DNA from: an uncultured Verrucomicrobiota bacterium
GTDB taxonomy: Bacteria > Verrucomicrobiota > Verrucomicrobiia > Limisphaerales > UBA9464
Assembly: GCA_964525755.1 (NCBI GenBank)
Contig: CAZGIK010000026.1
Location: 8,168 to 72,167, forward strand
DNA length: 64,000 nucleotides
Direction of reading: 5' to 3'
The notes under the pieces were generated by a model. It saw only the letters and a program-made list of their open reading frames with translations. It did no database searches and had not been told where the DNA came from. Position numbers and translations under genes: made by a program. Below are positions 1 to 8,631 of this stretch, piece by piece. Each line of letters opens with the position of its first letter. Within the stretch, counting starts at the first letter, position 1.

Positions 1-590
1 GGGGTCCCCCCGCTGAACTGAAGCCGGAGGTGGTAGGTCGGGTTGGTGGAGCGGGTCCAGTCGAAGGTCCCCTCGCCCGGAAACGGCGCATCGACGGCCG
101 GGAAGGCCGCGCCCGTCCCGACCAGCATGTCGAAGGGCGCCTGCTCGTCGGTGAAATTGAGGGCGAGGTTCTCCACATCGAAACCCGCAACCGGGGGTCC
201 GGTCAGCGACTGGTCGAACGTCGCAAACAAGAGGTTGAGCTGATCGTAGCCGAACGGGGCATCGGTGACGGCGTTCACGAGGTTGAACCCGCCGGTCTCG
301 GGCCGGCCCAGCGTGGCGGAGTAGGTGCCGACCCGCAGCGAACCGCCCCGGATCGCTTCGGGCATGCTGCCCGTGCTGGTGTAGAACTGGCGGTCCCCGG
401 GCTGGACGCCGGTCGACGTGTCGATGTCGAGGGTGATCGTGAACGGGTCCCCGACGGAGAACCCCGCGGCAAGGGCGGGGTGGCGGTAGTTCAGCTCACC
501 GCGGATCGTCCACTGCTCCACCGCCGCATGCAGGGAACCGGCGGCAATCAGCGCGACGATGGGGACCGGGGACAGGAACGAGGCGGACAT
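1..590 (-). CDS. Hypothetical secreted protein, N-terminal part (gene runs off the left edge)
   Basis: Not in the ORF track because there is no stop in the window. My own translation of the minus strand from the ATG at 590-588 gives MSASFLSPVPIVALIAAGSLHAAVEQWTIRGELNYRHPALAAGFSVGDPFTITLDIDTSTG... It stays open to position 1, has a signal-peptide-like N-terminus and GC-rich third codon positions. Confidence 0.45.
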   Translation of the reverse strand, partial: MSASFLSPVPIVALIAAGSLHAAVEQWTIRGELNYRHPALAAGFSVGDPFTITLDIDTSTGVQPGDRQFYTSTGSMPEAIRGGSLRVGTYSATLGRPETGGFNLVNAVTDAPFGYDQLNLLFATFDQSLTGPPVAGFDVENLALNFTDEQAPFDMLVGTGAAFPAVDAPFPGEGTFDWTRSTNPTYHLRLQFSGGT

Positions 591-648
591 ACGCGATGCC
601 AGCACGTTACGGGGATGTCGGGCGGGGGCAAGGGGGGCAGCGACGACC

Positions 649-897
649 GGCCGCCGATCGGCGGCGGCTACGCGGGCTCGGCGGGAGCCTCGCGCCACCG
701 ATCCGGCCGCCCCCCATGCGGTGGCGCGAGCGTCCCCGCGAGCCCCGTCCGGCTTCCAAAGCGGCGTGGCGCTGACGCTTCCCGCCGCACTCCACATTCG
801 CCCCGCGCCCTTTTTGGACTGCGGTGGCAGAGCGAAGGCGCCGACACCGCTTTGGCCCAGCCCACCCCCCATCCGGCCGTCCATCGGCGGCGGCTAC
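649..897. repeat. Mosaic intergenic repeat cluster (modules D, A, B-palindrome, D)
   Basis: Module D (ggccgccgatcggcggcggctac) at 649-671, with a variant at 875-897. Module A (gggctcggcgggagcctcgcgccacc) at 674-699. A 100-bp palindromic module B at 756-855 (ccaaagcggcgtggcgct...agcgaaggcgccgacaccgctttgg). The same modules recur elsewhere in the window. Confidence 0.85.
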
Positions 898-1727
898 CGG
901 CGGGAAGGGATCGGGTCCGACAGGAAGGCGGCCGCCTCGCGCCACCATTCGGGCGGTTGCTGGACGGCATCGTCGTGGTCCTGCCCCGGCAGGTCCCACA
1001 ATCGACGCGGACCCTGGAGGGCATCGTGCAACCGGCGTCCGAGTCCGGCGGGGACCACCGTGTCCGACGCCCCGACCAGCACCCCCACCGGGCCCGGGTA
1101 ACCGCGCAGCCATTCGGCCGCCGGGTATCGGTCACGCAGGATCCATCCGACCGGCAGCCACGGGTAATGGAACGCCGCGGCGTTCGCGAGGGAGTCGAAC
1201 GGGGTGAGGAGCAACAGGCCCGCGACACGGTCCGGCCGGGCCGCCGCCGCGCCGGCCGCCACACCCGACCCGAGGGACTCGCCGACCAGGTAGAGCGGCA
1301 AGGTGCCGGCGAGCAGGTCGACGCCCTCCACGGCCGCCGCCACCAGTGTGTCCTGTCGCGGCTCGCCCGGCCGATCGCCATAACCCGGGTACTCCAGGAC
1401 ATGCACGTCGGCCTCCCAACCCTCCTGGAGGGCATCGGCCAGGTAGTCGCGGGCATCGGCCGAGCCGGCGTTGCCATGGGTGATCAGGACGCGGGTCCGG
1501 CCCGGGTCCGCCGGATGCGGACGCCACCATCCGATCCGCATCCCGGCGGCATTGGTCCACGGGAGGAATCCGGCCTCGGACACCCGGCGTTCCACGGCAT
1601 CGGCCGGGGGCCGGCCGGGGAAATAGATGAGGCGACGCTGGGTGGCTCCGACGTAGGCGACGAGACCGGCGTAGGCGGTCAGGAGGACGAGGGCGACGCG
1701 GACAGCGCGGCGCAGGACCGCGTTCAT
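894..1727 (-). CDS. Alpha/beta-fold hydrolase
   Basis: ORF 894..1862, trimmed to MNAVLRRAVRV... (TM/signal-like N-terminus). Nucleophile elbow GESLG. The ATG overlaps the rnc stop (ATGA at 1724-1727). Confidence 0.8.
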   Translation of the reverse strand: MNAVLRRAVRVALVLLTAYAGLVAYVGATQRRLIYFPGRPPADAVERRVSEAGFLPWTNAAGMRIGWWRPHPADPGRTRVLITHGNAGSADARDYLADALQEGWEADVHVLEYPGYGDRPGEPRQDTLVAAAVEGVDLLAGTLPLYLVGESLGSGVAAGAAAARPDRVAGLLLLTPFDSLANAAAFHYPWLPVGWILRDRYPAAEWLRGYPGPVGVLVGASDTVVPAGLGRRLHDALQGPRRLWDLPGQDHDDAVQQPPEWWREAAAFLSDPIPSRR

Positions 1728-2440
1728 GACGGGTTGTGGCCCCCGGTCGACCCGTGGGACTGGATGACGCGGAGTGCCGCCGAGGCGGCCTCGCTCTCCG
1801 CCAGCTTCTTGCTGCGGCCGATGCCGCGCCCCAGCTCGGTCCCCCGATGATACACCGCGCACTCGAAACTGCGGTTGTGGTCGGGACCGGTCGCCCCCAG
1901 CAGCTCGTACCGGGGCGGCTCGGGCGAGGTGGCCTGCAGCAATTCCTGGAGCTCCCCCTTGGGGTTCGACAGGTTCGGCAGGACCTCCAGTTCGCCGAGG
2001 GCCGACTGGTACAGCTGACGCACCACGGAATGGGCCTGCTGGTAGCCGCCGTCCAGGTACATCGCGCCCACCACCGCTTCGAAGGTGTCGGCCAGGGTCG
2101 AACTGCGGGTGCGTCCGCCCGAGGACTCCTCCCCGCGGCTCAGGATGAGGTGGCTGCCGAGGTCCAGCCGCCGGCCGTGCTCGGCGAGGGTGACCCGGTT
2201 CACCAGCTGGGCCCGCGCCTGGGTGAGCGGCCCCTCCCCGAGGTCGGGGAACTTGGCGTACAGCTCGACGGTGATGACCAGCTGCAGGACCGCGTCGCCG
2301 AGGAACTCGAGCCGCTGGTTGTGCTGCTGGCCCGGGCCGACCTCGTGGGCCAGCGACGGATGGGTCAACGCCAGCCGGAGCAGGGCGGGATTGTGGAAGC
2401 GGTGCCCGAGGGCCGCTTCGAGTTCGGATGGGGACGGCAT
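1724..2440 (-). CDS. rnc: Ribonuclease III
   Basis: RNase III signature NQRLEFLGDAVL, plus a C-terminal dsRBD (GPDHNRSFECAV...GRSKKLAESEAA). Confidence 0.95.
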   Translation of the reverse strand: MPSPSELEAALGHRFHNPALLRLALTHPSLAHEVGPGQQHNQRLEFLGDAVLQLVITVELYAKFPDLGEGPLTQARAQLVNRVTLAEHGRRLDLGSHLILSRGEESSGGRTRSSTLADTFEAVVGAMYLDGGYQQAHSVVRQLYQSALGELEVLPNLSNPKGELQELLQATSPEPPRYELLGATGPDHNRSFECAVYHRGTELGRGIGRSKKLAESEAASAALRVIQSHGSTGGHNPS

Positions 2441-2512
2441 GGCATCTGGAGGCCGGTCGCCATTGATCGAAGACCGCCCGCCCCGGGCGCGCGGTCTTCG
2501 GCCAACGGAAGC

Positions 2513-3106
2513 TCAGGCCGGTGCAAGGGTGGCAATTTCACTGGGAGCATTGAACGGTTCCTCCACCGGGCCGGCCGACACCGCGGCCGGTTCCCCGTCG
2601 GGCAACCCGTGGACGAGCAGGTGGGCGACGTCGCGCTGGACCGCCTCCAACTGGTCGAGCTGGAGGTCGGGGTCGGCCACGCTGAACAGGTCGCCGGAGG
2701 CCGGATGCTCGTAGACAAAAACACGGCGCCCCCCCTCGCGGGACTGGCCCTTCACCCGGAGCAGACGCTTCCGCTCCAGCATCACCGCCAGGATGTAGGT
2801 GGCGGCCGCATGGTCGGGATCCGCCCGTTCCAGCAGCCGACGCAGCAGCGTCTCGGCGTCGTCCTTCCGGATCGCCTCGGGCGGGGCGGGCGGCGGGGCC
2901 TCGTAGGTGCCGGTCCAGTGGGAGACGCAGTTCGGACGGGCCACGATCTCCGCCCCGTGCTCCCGCCACGCCGCCGGACAGAGATCCATCCGACGGAACC
3001 CCTCCTTCTCGTCGAGGAGGACCGTGTGGTAGGCCCCGCCGTCGACGAAGGGTTCACCGGTCATCTGACAGGCATGGGCACGGGACTGGATGTTCCACTC
3101 GAGCAT
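2513..3106 (-). CDS. Hypothetical protein
   Basis: 197-aa ORF with coding-like GC3 bias. No motif I recognise. Confidence 0.55.
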   Translation of the reverse strand: MLEWNIQSRAHACQMTGEPFVDGGAYHTVLLDEKEGFRRMDLCPAAWREHGAEIVARPNCVSHWTGTYEAPPPAPPEAIRKDDAETLLRRLLERADPDHAAATYILAVMLERKRLLRVKGQSREGGRRVFVYEHPASGDLFSVADPDLQLDQLEAVQRDVAHLLVHGLPDGEPAAVSAGPVEEPFNAPSEIATLAPA

Positions 3107-3222
3107 CGGAGGATCGGCGAGGGCCGGGACCGATTATCGGGATCGAAAAGGCGGGGGCAACTGGCATTTGCCGTCCGGGAAACTCCTTGGCCCTGATTTG
3201 GGTGCGGCCCTAGGCTGGCGAC

Positions 3223-3717
3223 ATGGTTCATGTCGGCATCGGGTATGACGTCCACCGCCTGGTCCCCGGCCGGCGGCTGGTGCTGGGCGGGGTGGAGATC
3301 CCGCATGACCGCGGGCTCGAGGGACATTCGGATGCCGATGTCCTCCTGCATGCGATCACCGATGCCGTGCTCGGGGCGGTGGGCGAGGTGGACATCGGCC
3401 ACCTGTTCCCCAACACCGATCCCGCCTGGAAGGATGCCCCGAGCCGGGTGTTCCTCGAGGAGGCGGCCCGTCGGGTCCGGGCGGCCGGGGGCCGGATCGT
3501 CAACGTGGACGCCTCCCTCGCCGCCGAGCAGCCGAAGATCTTCCCCCACATCACGGCCATGAAGGCCCACATCGCCGCGGCGCTCGGCCTCCCGCCGGCC
3601 CGCGTGGGCGTCAAGGCCACCACCAACGAGCGTCTCGGATTCCTCGGTCGCGAGGAGGGGATCGCCGCCATGGCCGTGGCGGCGGTGGACCTCCCGGAAA
3701 CCCCGGACCACGGCTGA
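3223..3717 (+). CDS. ispF: 2-C-methyl-D-erythritol 2,4-cyclodiphosphate synthase
   Basis: IGYDVHRL...[15 protein letters not shown]...PNTDP: canonical IspF motifs along the full length. Confidence 0.95.
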   Translation: MVHVGIGYDVHRLVPGRRLVLGGVEIPHDRGLEGHSDADVLLHAITDAVLGAVGEVDIGHLFPNTDPAWKDAPSRVFLEEAARRVRAAGGRIVNVDASLAAEQPKIFPHITAMKAHIAAALGLPPARVGVKATTNERLGFLGREEGIAAMAVAAVDLPETPDHG

Positions 3718-3730
3718 ACAGGCAAACACC

Positions 3731-4042
3731 ATGGGCGTCAAGGCGGACATCGGATGGACCACACGCGGCGAGGACGGCTCGAAGCGCCATGTGTACGTGC
3801 AGAAGGTCGGGGACACCTGGCGCTTCTTCGAGCGGGAGCGGCGCCGCGGGCCGGAGGTCCAGTGGACTCCCCTGCCGGAACCACCCCTGGAGGATTGGCT
3901 GGAACTGCTGGACGCCCTCGAGCGCGGCATGGTGCGCCGACGCTACATGCCGACGGTGGTGGAACGGACCCGTCGGACGATTCGCGAGCGTTTCCCCGAC
4001 CACCCGCTGGACGGACCCCGGCCCGGGAAGGAGGCGGCATGA
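3731..4042 (+). CDS. Small hypothetical protein
   Basis: 103-aa ORF 14 nt after ispF. Its stop overlaps the next start (ATGA at 4039-4042). Confidence 0.5.
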   Translation: MGVKADIGWTTRGEDGSKRHVYVQKVGDTWRFFERERRRGPEVQWTPLPEPPLEDWLELLDALERGMVRRRYMPTVVERTRRTIRERFPDHPLDGPRPGKEAA

Positions 4043-4824
4043 TCACGGGCTCGCGGACAGGACGGGTTCCCGGGAACATCGCGCGGTGGCTGGCGGTCGT
4101 CGCCCTCCTGATGGCCATCGCCGGCTCCCCGCCCGTCCGGGCGCAGGAGGCGCCACGGTACGAACGGCGACCGGGTTCGCCGGACGGGATCGGCAAGTGG
4201 TACCTCGGCCGGGAGATCGCCCACTACATGACCCATCACGGCGCGCCATGGCTGGAACGCCCCGAGCGGGTCGAGGAGGAGGCCCCCCACCGGCTGCTCT
4301 CCGCCCTGGGTCTCCAGCCCGGGCAGGTGGTGGCCGACATCGGCGCCGGCAGCGGCTACTTCACCTGGCGGATGGCCCGGATGGTCGGCGCCGCCGGACG
4401 GGTCTACGCGGTGGACATCCAGCCGGAGATGCTGGCGATTCTCCGGACCAACATGGCCGCCCGCGGGGTGACCAACGTGGTCCCGGTGCTCGGGGACGAG
4501 GCGGATCCGCGCCTGCCCGAGGCGTCGATCGACCTGGCCCTCATGGTGGACGTCTACCACGAGGTGGCGGAGCCGTTCGAACTGATGCGCCGCGTGACGG
4601 CGGCGCTGAAGCCGGGCGGACGCATGGTGTTCGTGGAGTACCGCGGAGAGGAGCGCTGGATCCCCATCAAGCCGCTCCACAAGATGACCGAGGCACAGGT
4701 CCGGCGGGAGATGCAGGCCCAGGACCTGGAATGGGTGGGCAACCTCCGCGGCCTGCCCCGGCAGCACATCCTGGTCTTCCGCCGTCCGGAACGCCCTGCA
4801 CCCACCCCCGCCCCGAACCCATGA
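4039..4824 (+). CDS. Class I SAM-dependent methyltransferase with N-terminal signal/anchor
   Basis: Start MITGSRTG...; hydrophobic WLAVVALLMAIAG. SAM motif I VVADIGAGSGYFT, and post-I VYAVDI. Confidence 0.8.
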   Translation: MITGSRTGRVPGNIARWLAVVALLMAIAGSPPVRAQEAPRYERRPGSPDGIGKWYLGREIAHYMTHHGAPWLERPERVEEEAPHRLLSALGLQPGQVVADIGAGSGYFTWRMARMVGAAGRVYAVDIQPEMLAILRTNMAARGVTNVVPVLGDEADPRLPEASIDLALMVDVYHEVAEPFELMRRVTAALKPGGRMVFVEYRGEERWIPIKPLHKMTEAQVRREMQAQDLEWVGNLRGLPRQHILVFRRPERPAPTPAPNP

Positions 4825-6218
4825 AGCCGGCCGGCCGCCGGATCGTCGCCGCGCTCGCCGTCGGCTTCACCGCCGGCCTGGCCGCCCTCGCCCTCCGCGA
4901 CCCGGGCCCGTCCATCGACGGCCAGTCCCTCGGGCGCTGGCTGGTCGATTCACGACGCCAGTCCCCCGATCTCCGGCGCCCGCTCGCCGCCATCGGCCCT
5001 GAAGCCATCCCCCGCCTGGCGGCGCTCCGCGACTGGGACCGCCCGGTGTGGAACGCGTGGCTGGAGGGAATCGCCGGCCGGGCGCCCGACCCGGTGTCCG
5101 GCTGGATGGCCGGACTCATCCGGCGTCCGGGACCCGATGTCCGGTCGGACGTCCTGTACGGCCTCCGGCTGTTCGGTCCGGAGGCCCGGGGGGAGCTCGA
5201 TTGGATCCGGGCGCGGGCGTCGGATCCGACCGCCGACCTCGCCCCGGGGGCGCTCGCGGCGGTGCTCGACATCGCCCCGGAAGATCCGGCCTCCACCGCG
5301 CTCGCCCGCCGCTGGCTCTCCGATACGAACCCGGCGGTGCGACGCCGCGCGGCGCGGGTCGTCCAGTCGACCCGCGCCCGGATCCCCGAGGCGGTCGGCG
5401 AATTGTCGGCCCTGCTCCACGAGGACGTCGTGTCGGTCGAGATGGCCCTGCTGGCGCTGGCGCGGATCGGGCCCGGGGCCGCGTCGGCGGCACCCGACGT
5501 GGCGGCACGGCTCACGGATCCCGTGCATGGCCGGAGCGCGGCCCGGGCCCTGGCCGCGATGGGAACCGACGCCGTGACCGGGGTGCTGCCGGCCGTCTAT
5601 CGGGCCATGCTGACCGTGCGTCCGCCGCCCTTCGAGGCGCTGGCGGGGGCGGGAACGAACGCCGCGCCGGCGCTCGACGTGGTGGAACTCCATCTGCAGG
5701 ACCCGGACCCCCTCGTGCGGATCCGTGCGGCCTGGGCCGCAGCCTGGCTCCGGGGCGATCCGGCGGGCGCGGTGCCGGTCCTGTCCGCCGCGATCAGCGG
5801 ACCGGATGGGGCATCCCGGGAATCCTTCCTGCCCCCGGCCGAGCCCTTCGATTCCGACGGCGGCCTGGCGCCGCTCGGGGTGCGCGGGACCGCCGCGTGG
5901 CTCCTCGGCGAGCTGGGCCCCGCGGGCCATCCCGCCCGGGCCGCGCTCCAGGAGGCCGCCCATGGCGGCGAGCCCGTGCTCGCCCTGCTGGCGGTGAGGG
6001 CCCTCCGGCGACAGGGGGCGCCCTTCGGGGAATTCATCGACGTCTGCCGGACCGGGCTGGAGTCCAACGACCCCCTCGCGCGGCGGCTGGCGGCGATCCT
6101 GGCCGGCGAGGCCGGTGCGGATGCGGCGGTGCTCGAACCGGAGCTGCGTCGGGCGATGGCCACCGACCTGTTCACCCGCCGCTTCGCCCGCGAGGCGCTC
6201 GGGGCGGTCGGAAACTGA
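4821..6218 (+). CDS. HEAT/armadillo-like repeat protein, membrane anchored
   Basis: Start MKPAGRRIVAALAVGF overlaps the previous stop (ATGA). Repeated ...DPxxxVRxxAAxxL... units (NPAVRRRAARV, DPLVRIRAAWAAAWL, DPLARRLAAILAG). Confidence 0.65.
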   Translation: MKPAGRRIVAALAVGFTAGLAALALRDPGPSIDGQSLGRWLVDSRRQSPDLRRPLAAIGPEAIPRLAALRDWDRPVWNAWLEGIAGRAPDPVSGWMAGLIRRPGPDVRSDVLYGLRLFGPEARGELDWIRARASDPTADLAPGALAAVLDIAPEDPASTALARRWLSDTNPAVRRRAARVVQSTRARIPEAVGELSALLHEDVVSVEMALLALARIGPGAASAAPDVAARLTDPVHGRSAARALAAMGTDAVTGVLPAVYRAMLTVRPPPFEALAGAGTNAAPALDVVELHLQDPDPLVRIRAAWAAAWLRGDPAGAVPVLSAAISGPDGASRESFLPPAEPFDSDGGLAPLGVRGTAAWLLGELGPAGHPARAALQEAAHGGEPVLALLAVRALRRQGAPFGEFIDVCRTGLESNDPLARRLAAILAGEAGADAAVLEPELRRAMATDLFTRRFAREALGAVGN

Positions 6219-6258
6219 AGACTTGCGGCGCCGCCGGCGATGCAGCGTGGTTTCGGAA

Positions 6259-6429
6259 ATGGGCGAGCCGATCCACCGTCGCAGCTTCGAGCTGGCGCTG
6301 ATGGACATCCACCGTGCCTTGGAATCCTCGGGCCTCCTCGAGTTCCTCGTCGACACGGGGCACATCAGCGAATTTGCCGCCATGTCCTGTCTGGACGACT
6401 GGAGGGAGCGAAACGGCCGTTGGGCGTGA
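6259..6429 (+). CDS. Possible small protein (56 aa)
   Basis: MGEPIHRRSFELALMDIHRALESSGLLEFLVDTGHISEFAAMSCLDDWRERNGRWA. Strong GC3 bias in this frame, but no clear Shine-Dalgarno sequence. Confidence 0.35.
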   Translation: MGEPIHRRSFELALMDIHRALESSGLLEFLVDTGHISEFAAMSCLDDWRERNGRWA

Positions 6430-6450
6430 AAGCGCGGGGGCCGCAGCCGT

Positions 6451-8232
6451 TCAAAGCCTCGGTCGTGGGGGCAGGACGGGCTCCTCGAAGGCCAGCACGC
6501 CCCGGACCCGCATCTTGCGCTTCCACACCTTGCGACCCGCCGCGAGGTACAGTTCGTCGCGGTCGCGGCCCCCGAAGCAGACATCCGTCGCCCACGCGCC
6601 GGGCTCCGGCTTGGCCAGGATGCCGTTCACCCGGCCGGCCTGGTCGCAGAACTGCACCCCGACCGACGTCGCCACCCACAGCCGGCCCTCGGTGTCGACC
6701 GTCATCCCGTCGGCCCCGCTGCCCCGCGGGTCATCGGGCAGGTGGAGGTGATGATACGCCTGGCGATACGCCAGCGATCCGTCGTTCTGGATCTGGAAGC
6801 TGTACACGGACTGGCCGACGAGGTCGGAGACCAGGAGAAGGCTCTGGTCGGGGCTCAGGCAGACGCCCGCGGGAAAGCCGATGCCGGTGTCGACCACCGA
6901 CACGTTCCCCCGCGGATCCATCCGCTTCACCGCCCGCTCCTGCGGATCGCAGAAGAACGAATAGCCGGTGTAGCCGGTCACCAGGTCCTTGCTGAAGGTG
7001 TCATTGGCCACGTAGTCCTCGTCCCGATCCCCGCGCAGGAGGACGATCCGGCGCGCGTCCGGCACGGTTCCCAGGAGGCCGCCATCGGGACGGAACGACA
7101 ACGCCTGCACCCCGCCGGAGTCGGTCCGCACCGTCTTGACCGTCCCGTCGAGGGCGACCCGATGGACCTTGGCCCCGACCGGGTCGGCGAAGAACACCTC
7201 GCCCTTGGCGTTCACGGCAAACCCGCCCGGGAGTCCGTACCCGTCGCCCACGAGCTCCCAGCCGGCGCCGGGAACGGTCACCTGCCCCACCGGGCTGTTG
7301 GTGGCGTGCCGGGCGGTCACCGGCCGGCCGGCGTCCTGCCAGAGCCACTTGAGGGCGGAGGGCAGGATGGAGGCGCCGTGCTCGGAGTTGTGTCCGCCGG
7401 TGCCCCAGGTGTTGGTCACCGCGTACCCGGCCCAGGTGAGGGCGCTGTGCATGTCCTGGTTCGCCACCCACCAGTTGCCCCCGTAGATGTTGAGGTCGTT
7501 GTAGCCGTCCTGGAGGAAGACCCGCAGCGGACGCGGCTCGAACTTGCGCACCAACGTCGGATAGTCGTTCCCGCCCCGCAGCCCCACGTAGGTGCCGATG
7601 GTGCTGAAGACGCGTCGGAACAGGTCGGGCCGTTCCCAGGCGGCGGTGAAGGCCGCGATGGCGCCCGAACTGGCGCCCCCGATGGCCCGGAGGCTCGGGT
7701 CGGGCGAGATCAGGACGTTCCGCTCCCGGACCACCTCGGGAAGCAGCTCCTCCACGAGGAAGGCCGCGTAGGCATCACCCAGGCCGTCGTACTCGAGGCT
7801 CCGGTTGAACCGCGGGAGGGCGTTGGTGCCGATCACCGACGGCACGACGCCCGGGTTGACGAACACCCCGACCGTCACCGGCATCTCGCCGCGGGCGATC
7901 AGGTTGTCGAACACCCAGGGCACCCGCCAGGCGCCGTTGGTCGACACGTACCCGCCCCCGTCCTGGAAGACCATCAGCGCCGCCGGCCGGGCATCCGTGT
8001 ACTGGGCCGGCACATAGACCCAGTAGTCGCGCACCGTGCCGGGAAAGATGCTGTCCGGGCCGGAAACCAGCGTGTGACGGGTCACCGTCCCGTGGGGCAC
8101 GGCCGGGTTGAACTGCGAATCCGGGCCCAGCGGATAGTCCTGGGCCGCAGCGGACCGCGACGCGAGGACAAACAGGAGCCCGAGAACCACGGGGAAACGT
8201 CGGGCCCATCGGGCCGCAAAGCCGGCTTGCAT
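6451..8232 (-). CDS. Secreted esterase (putative-esterase/CE1-like) fused to an SMP-30/gluconolactonase-like beta-propeller
   Basis: Signal peptide (VVLGLLFVLASRSAAAQ). Esterase half with IGGASSGA (GxSxG). C-terminal half with SGL-type blades (GGFAVNAKGEVFFAD, GVCLSPDQSLLLVSD, DGMTVDTEGRLWVA). Confidence 0.8.
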   Translation of the reverse strand: MQAGFAARWARRFPVVLGLLFVLASRSAAAQDYPLGPDSQFNPAVPHGTVTRHTLVSGPDSIFPGTVRDYWVYVPAQYTDARPAALMVFQDGGGYVSTNGAWRVPWVFDNLIARGEMPVTVGVFVNPGVVPSVIGTNALPRFNRSLEYDGLGDAYAAFLVEELLPEVVRERNVLISPDPSLRAIGGASSGAIAAFTAAWERPDLFRRVFSTIGTYVGLRGGNDYPTLVRKFEPRPLRVFLQDGYNDLNIYGGNWWVANQDMHSALTWAGYAVTNTWGTGGHNSEHGASILPSALKWLWQDAGRPVTARHATNSPVGQVTVPGAGWELVGDGYGLPGGFAVNAKGEVFFADPVGAKVHRVALDGTVKTVRTDSGGVQALSFRPDGGLLGTVPDARRIVLLRGDRDEDYVANDTFSKDLVTGYTGYSFFCDPQERAVKRMDPRGNVSVVDTGIGFPAGVCLSPDQSLLLVSDLVGQSVYSFQIQNDGSLAYRQAYHHLHLPDDPRGSGADGMTVDTEGRLWVATSVGVQFCDQAGRVNGILAKPEPGAWATDVCFGGRDRDELYLAAGRKVWKRKMRVRGVLAFEEPVLPPRPRL

Positions 8233-8370
8233 GCCCGCGAGTCAAGGCGACCCACCCCGGTCCCGCAAGCGGGGAAGCAACCCACAGGGGTGACAGACTC
8301 CCTGTACCCCGGCCCCCCGCTCGCCCCCCAACGGATTGACATCAAAATGATGGAGGTGGATTTTCAGACC

Positions 8371-8631
8371 ATGACCAAGACGCAGATACAGGTCCCTGAG
8401 GAACTGTTCGCCGAGATCCGGGACTTGGCCCGACGGCGGGAGTGGTCCCTGGCGGAGACTTTCCGACGCGGGGCGGAGCTTCTGCTGGAAACCTATGCCG
8501 AGGGTGCCCCCGCATCCTCCGCGCGGTGGGCCCCCCCCATCTCGCGCCATGTCGGCTGGAAGGGCCTCAGCCCGGAACAGCTACGGGACCTCGCCCACGA
8601 AGCAGAGTCCCGCGGACCGGTTCTCCCATGA
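8371..8631 (+). CDS. vapB: Ribbon-helix-helix (CopG-like) antitoxin, VapB-type
   Basis: MTKTQIQVPEELFAEIRDLARRREWSLAETFRRGAELLL. A small ORF directly upstream of the PIN gene, overlapping it by 4 nt (ATGA). Alternative starts at 8347 and 8350. Confidence 0.7.
   Translation: MTKTQIQVPEELFAEIRDLARRREWSLAETFRRGAELLLETYAEGAPASSARWAPPISRHVGWKGLSPEQLRDLAHEAESRGPVLP

Noticed and set aside
559-1113. Track ORFs inside repeat clusters (559..1101, 607..1113, 29865..30201, 40993..41523, 43097..43554, 43262..44446, 48676..49345 and others) that share peptides such as REPRAT, PSGFQSGVAL and GGFIIRR.
   Set aside because: The shared peptides come from translating the same DNA repeat modules in both orientations. 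There is no consistent frame, start or coding bias.
30-1850. Very long track ORFs such as 30..1850(+), 10882..12600(-), 13379..15427(+ part), 15338..17944(-), 19152..21160(+), 21344..22999(-), 37500..40547(+), 54112..56934(-) and 60105..61967(+).
   Set aside because: They lie antisense to, or out of frame with, genes that carry clear family motifs. Their translations are Arg/Pro/Gly/Ala-rich low-complexity sequence, typical of non-coding frames in ~68% GC DNA.
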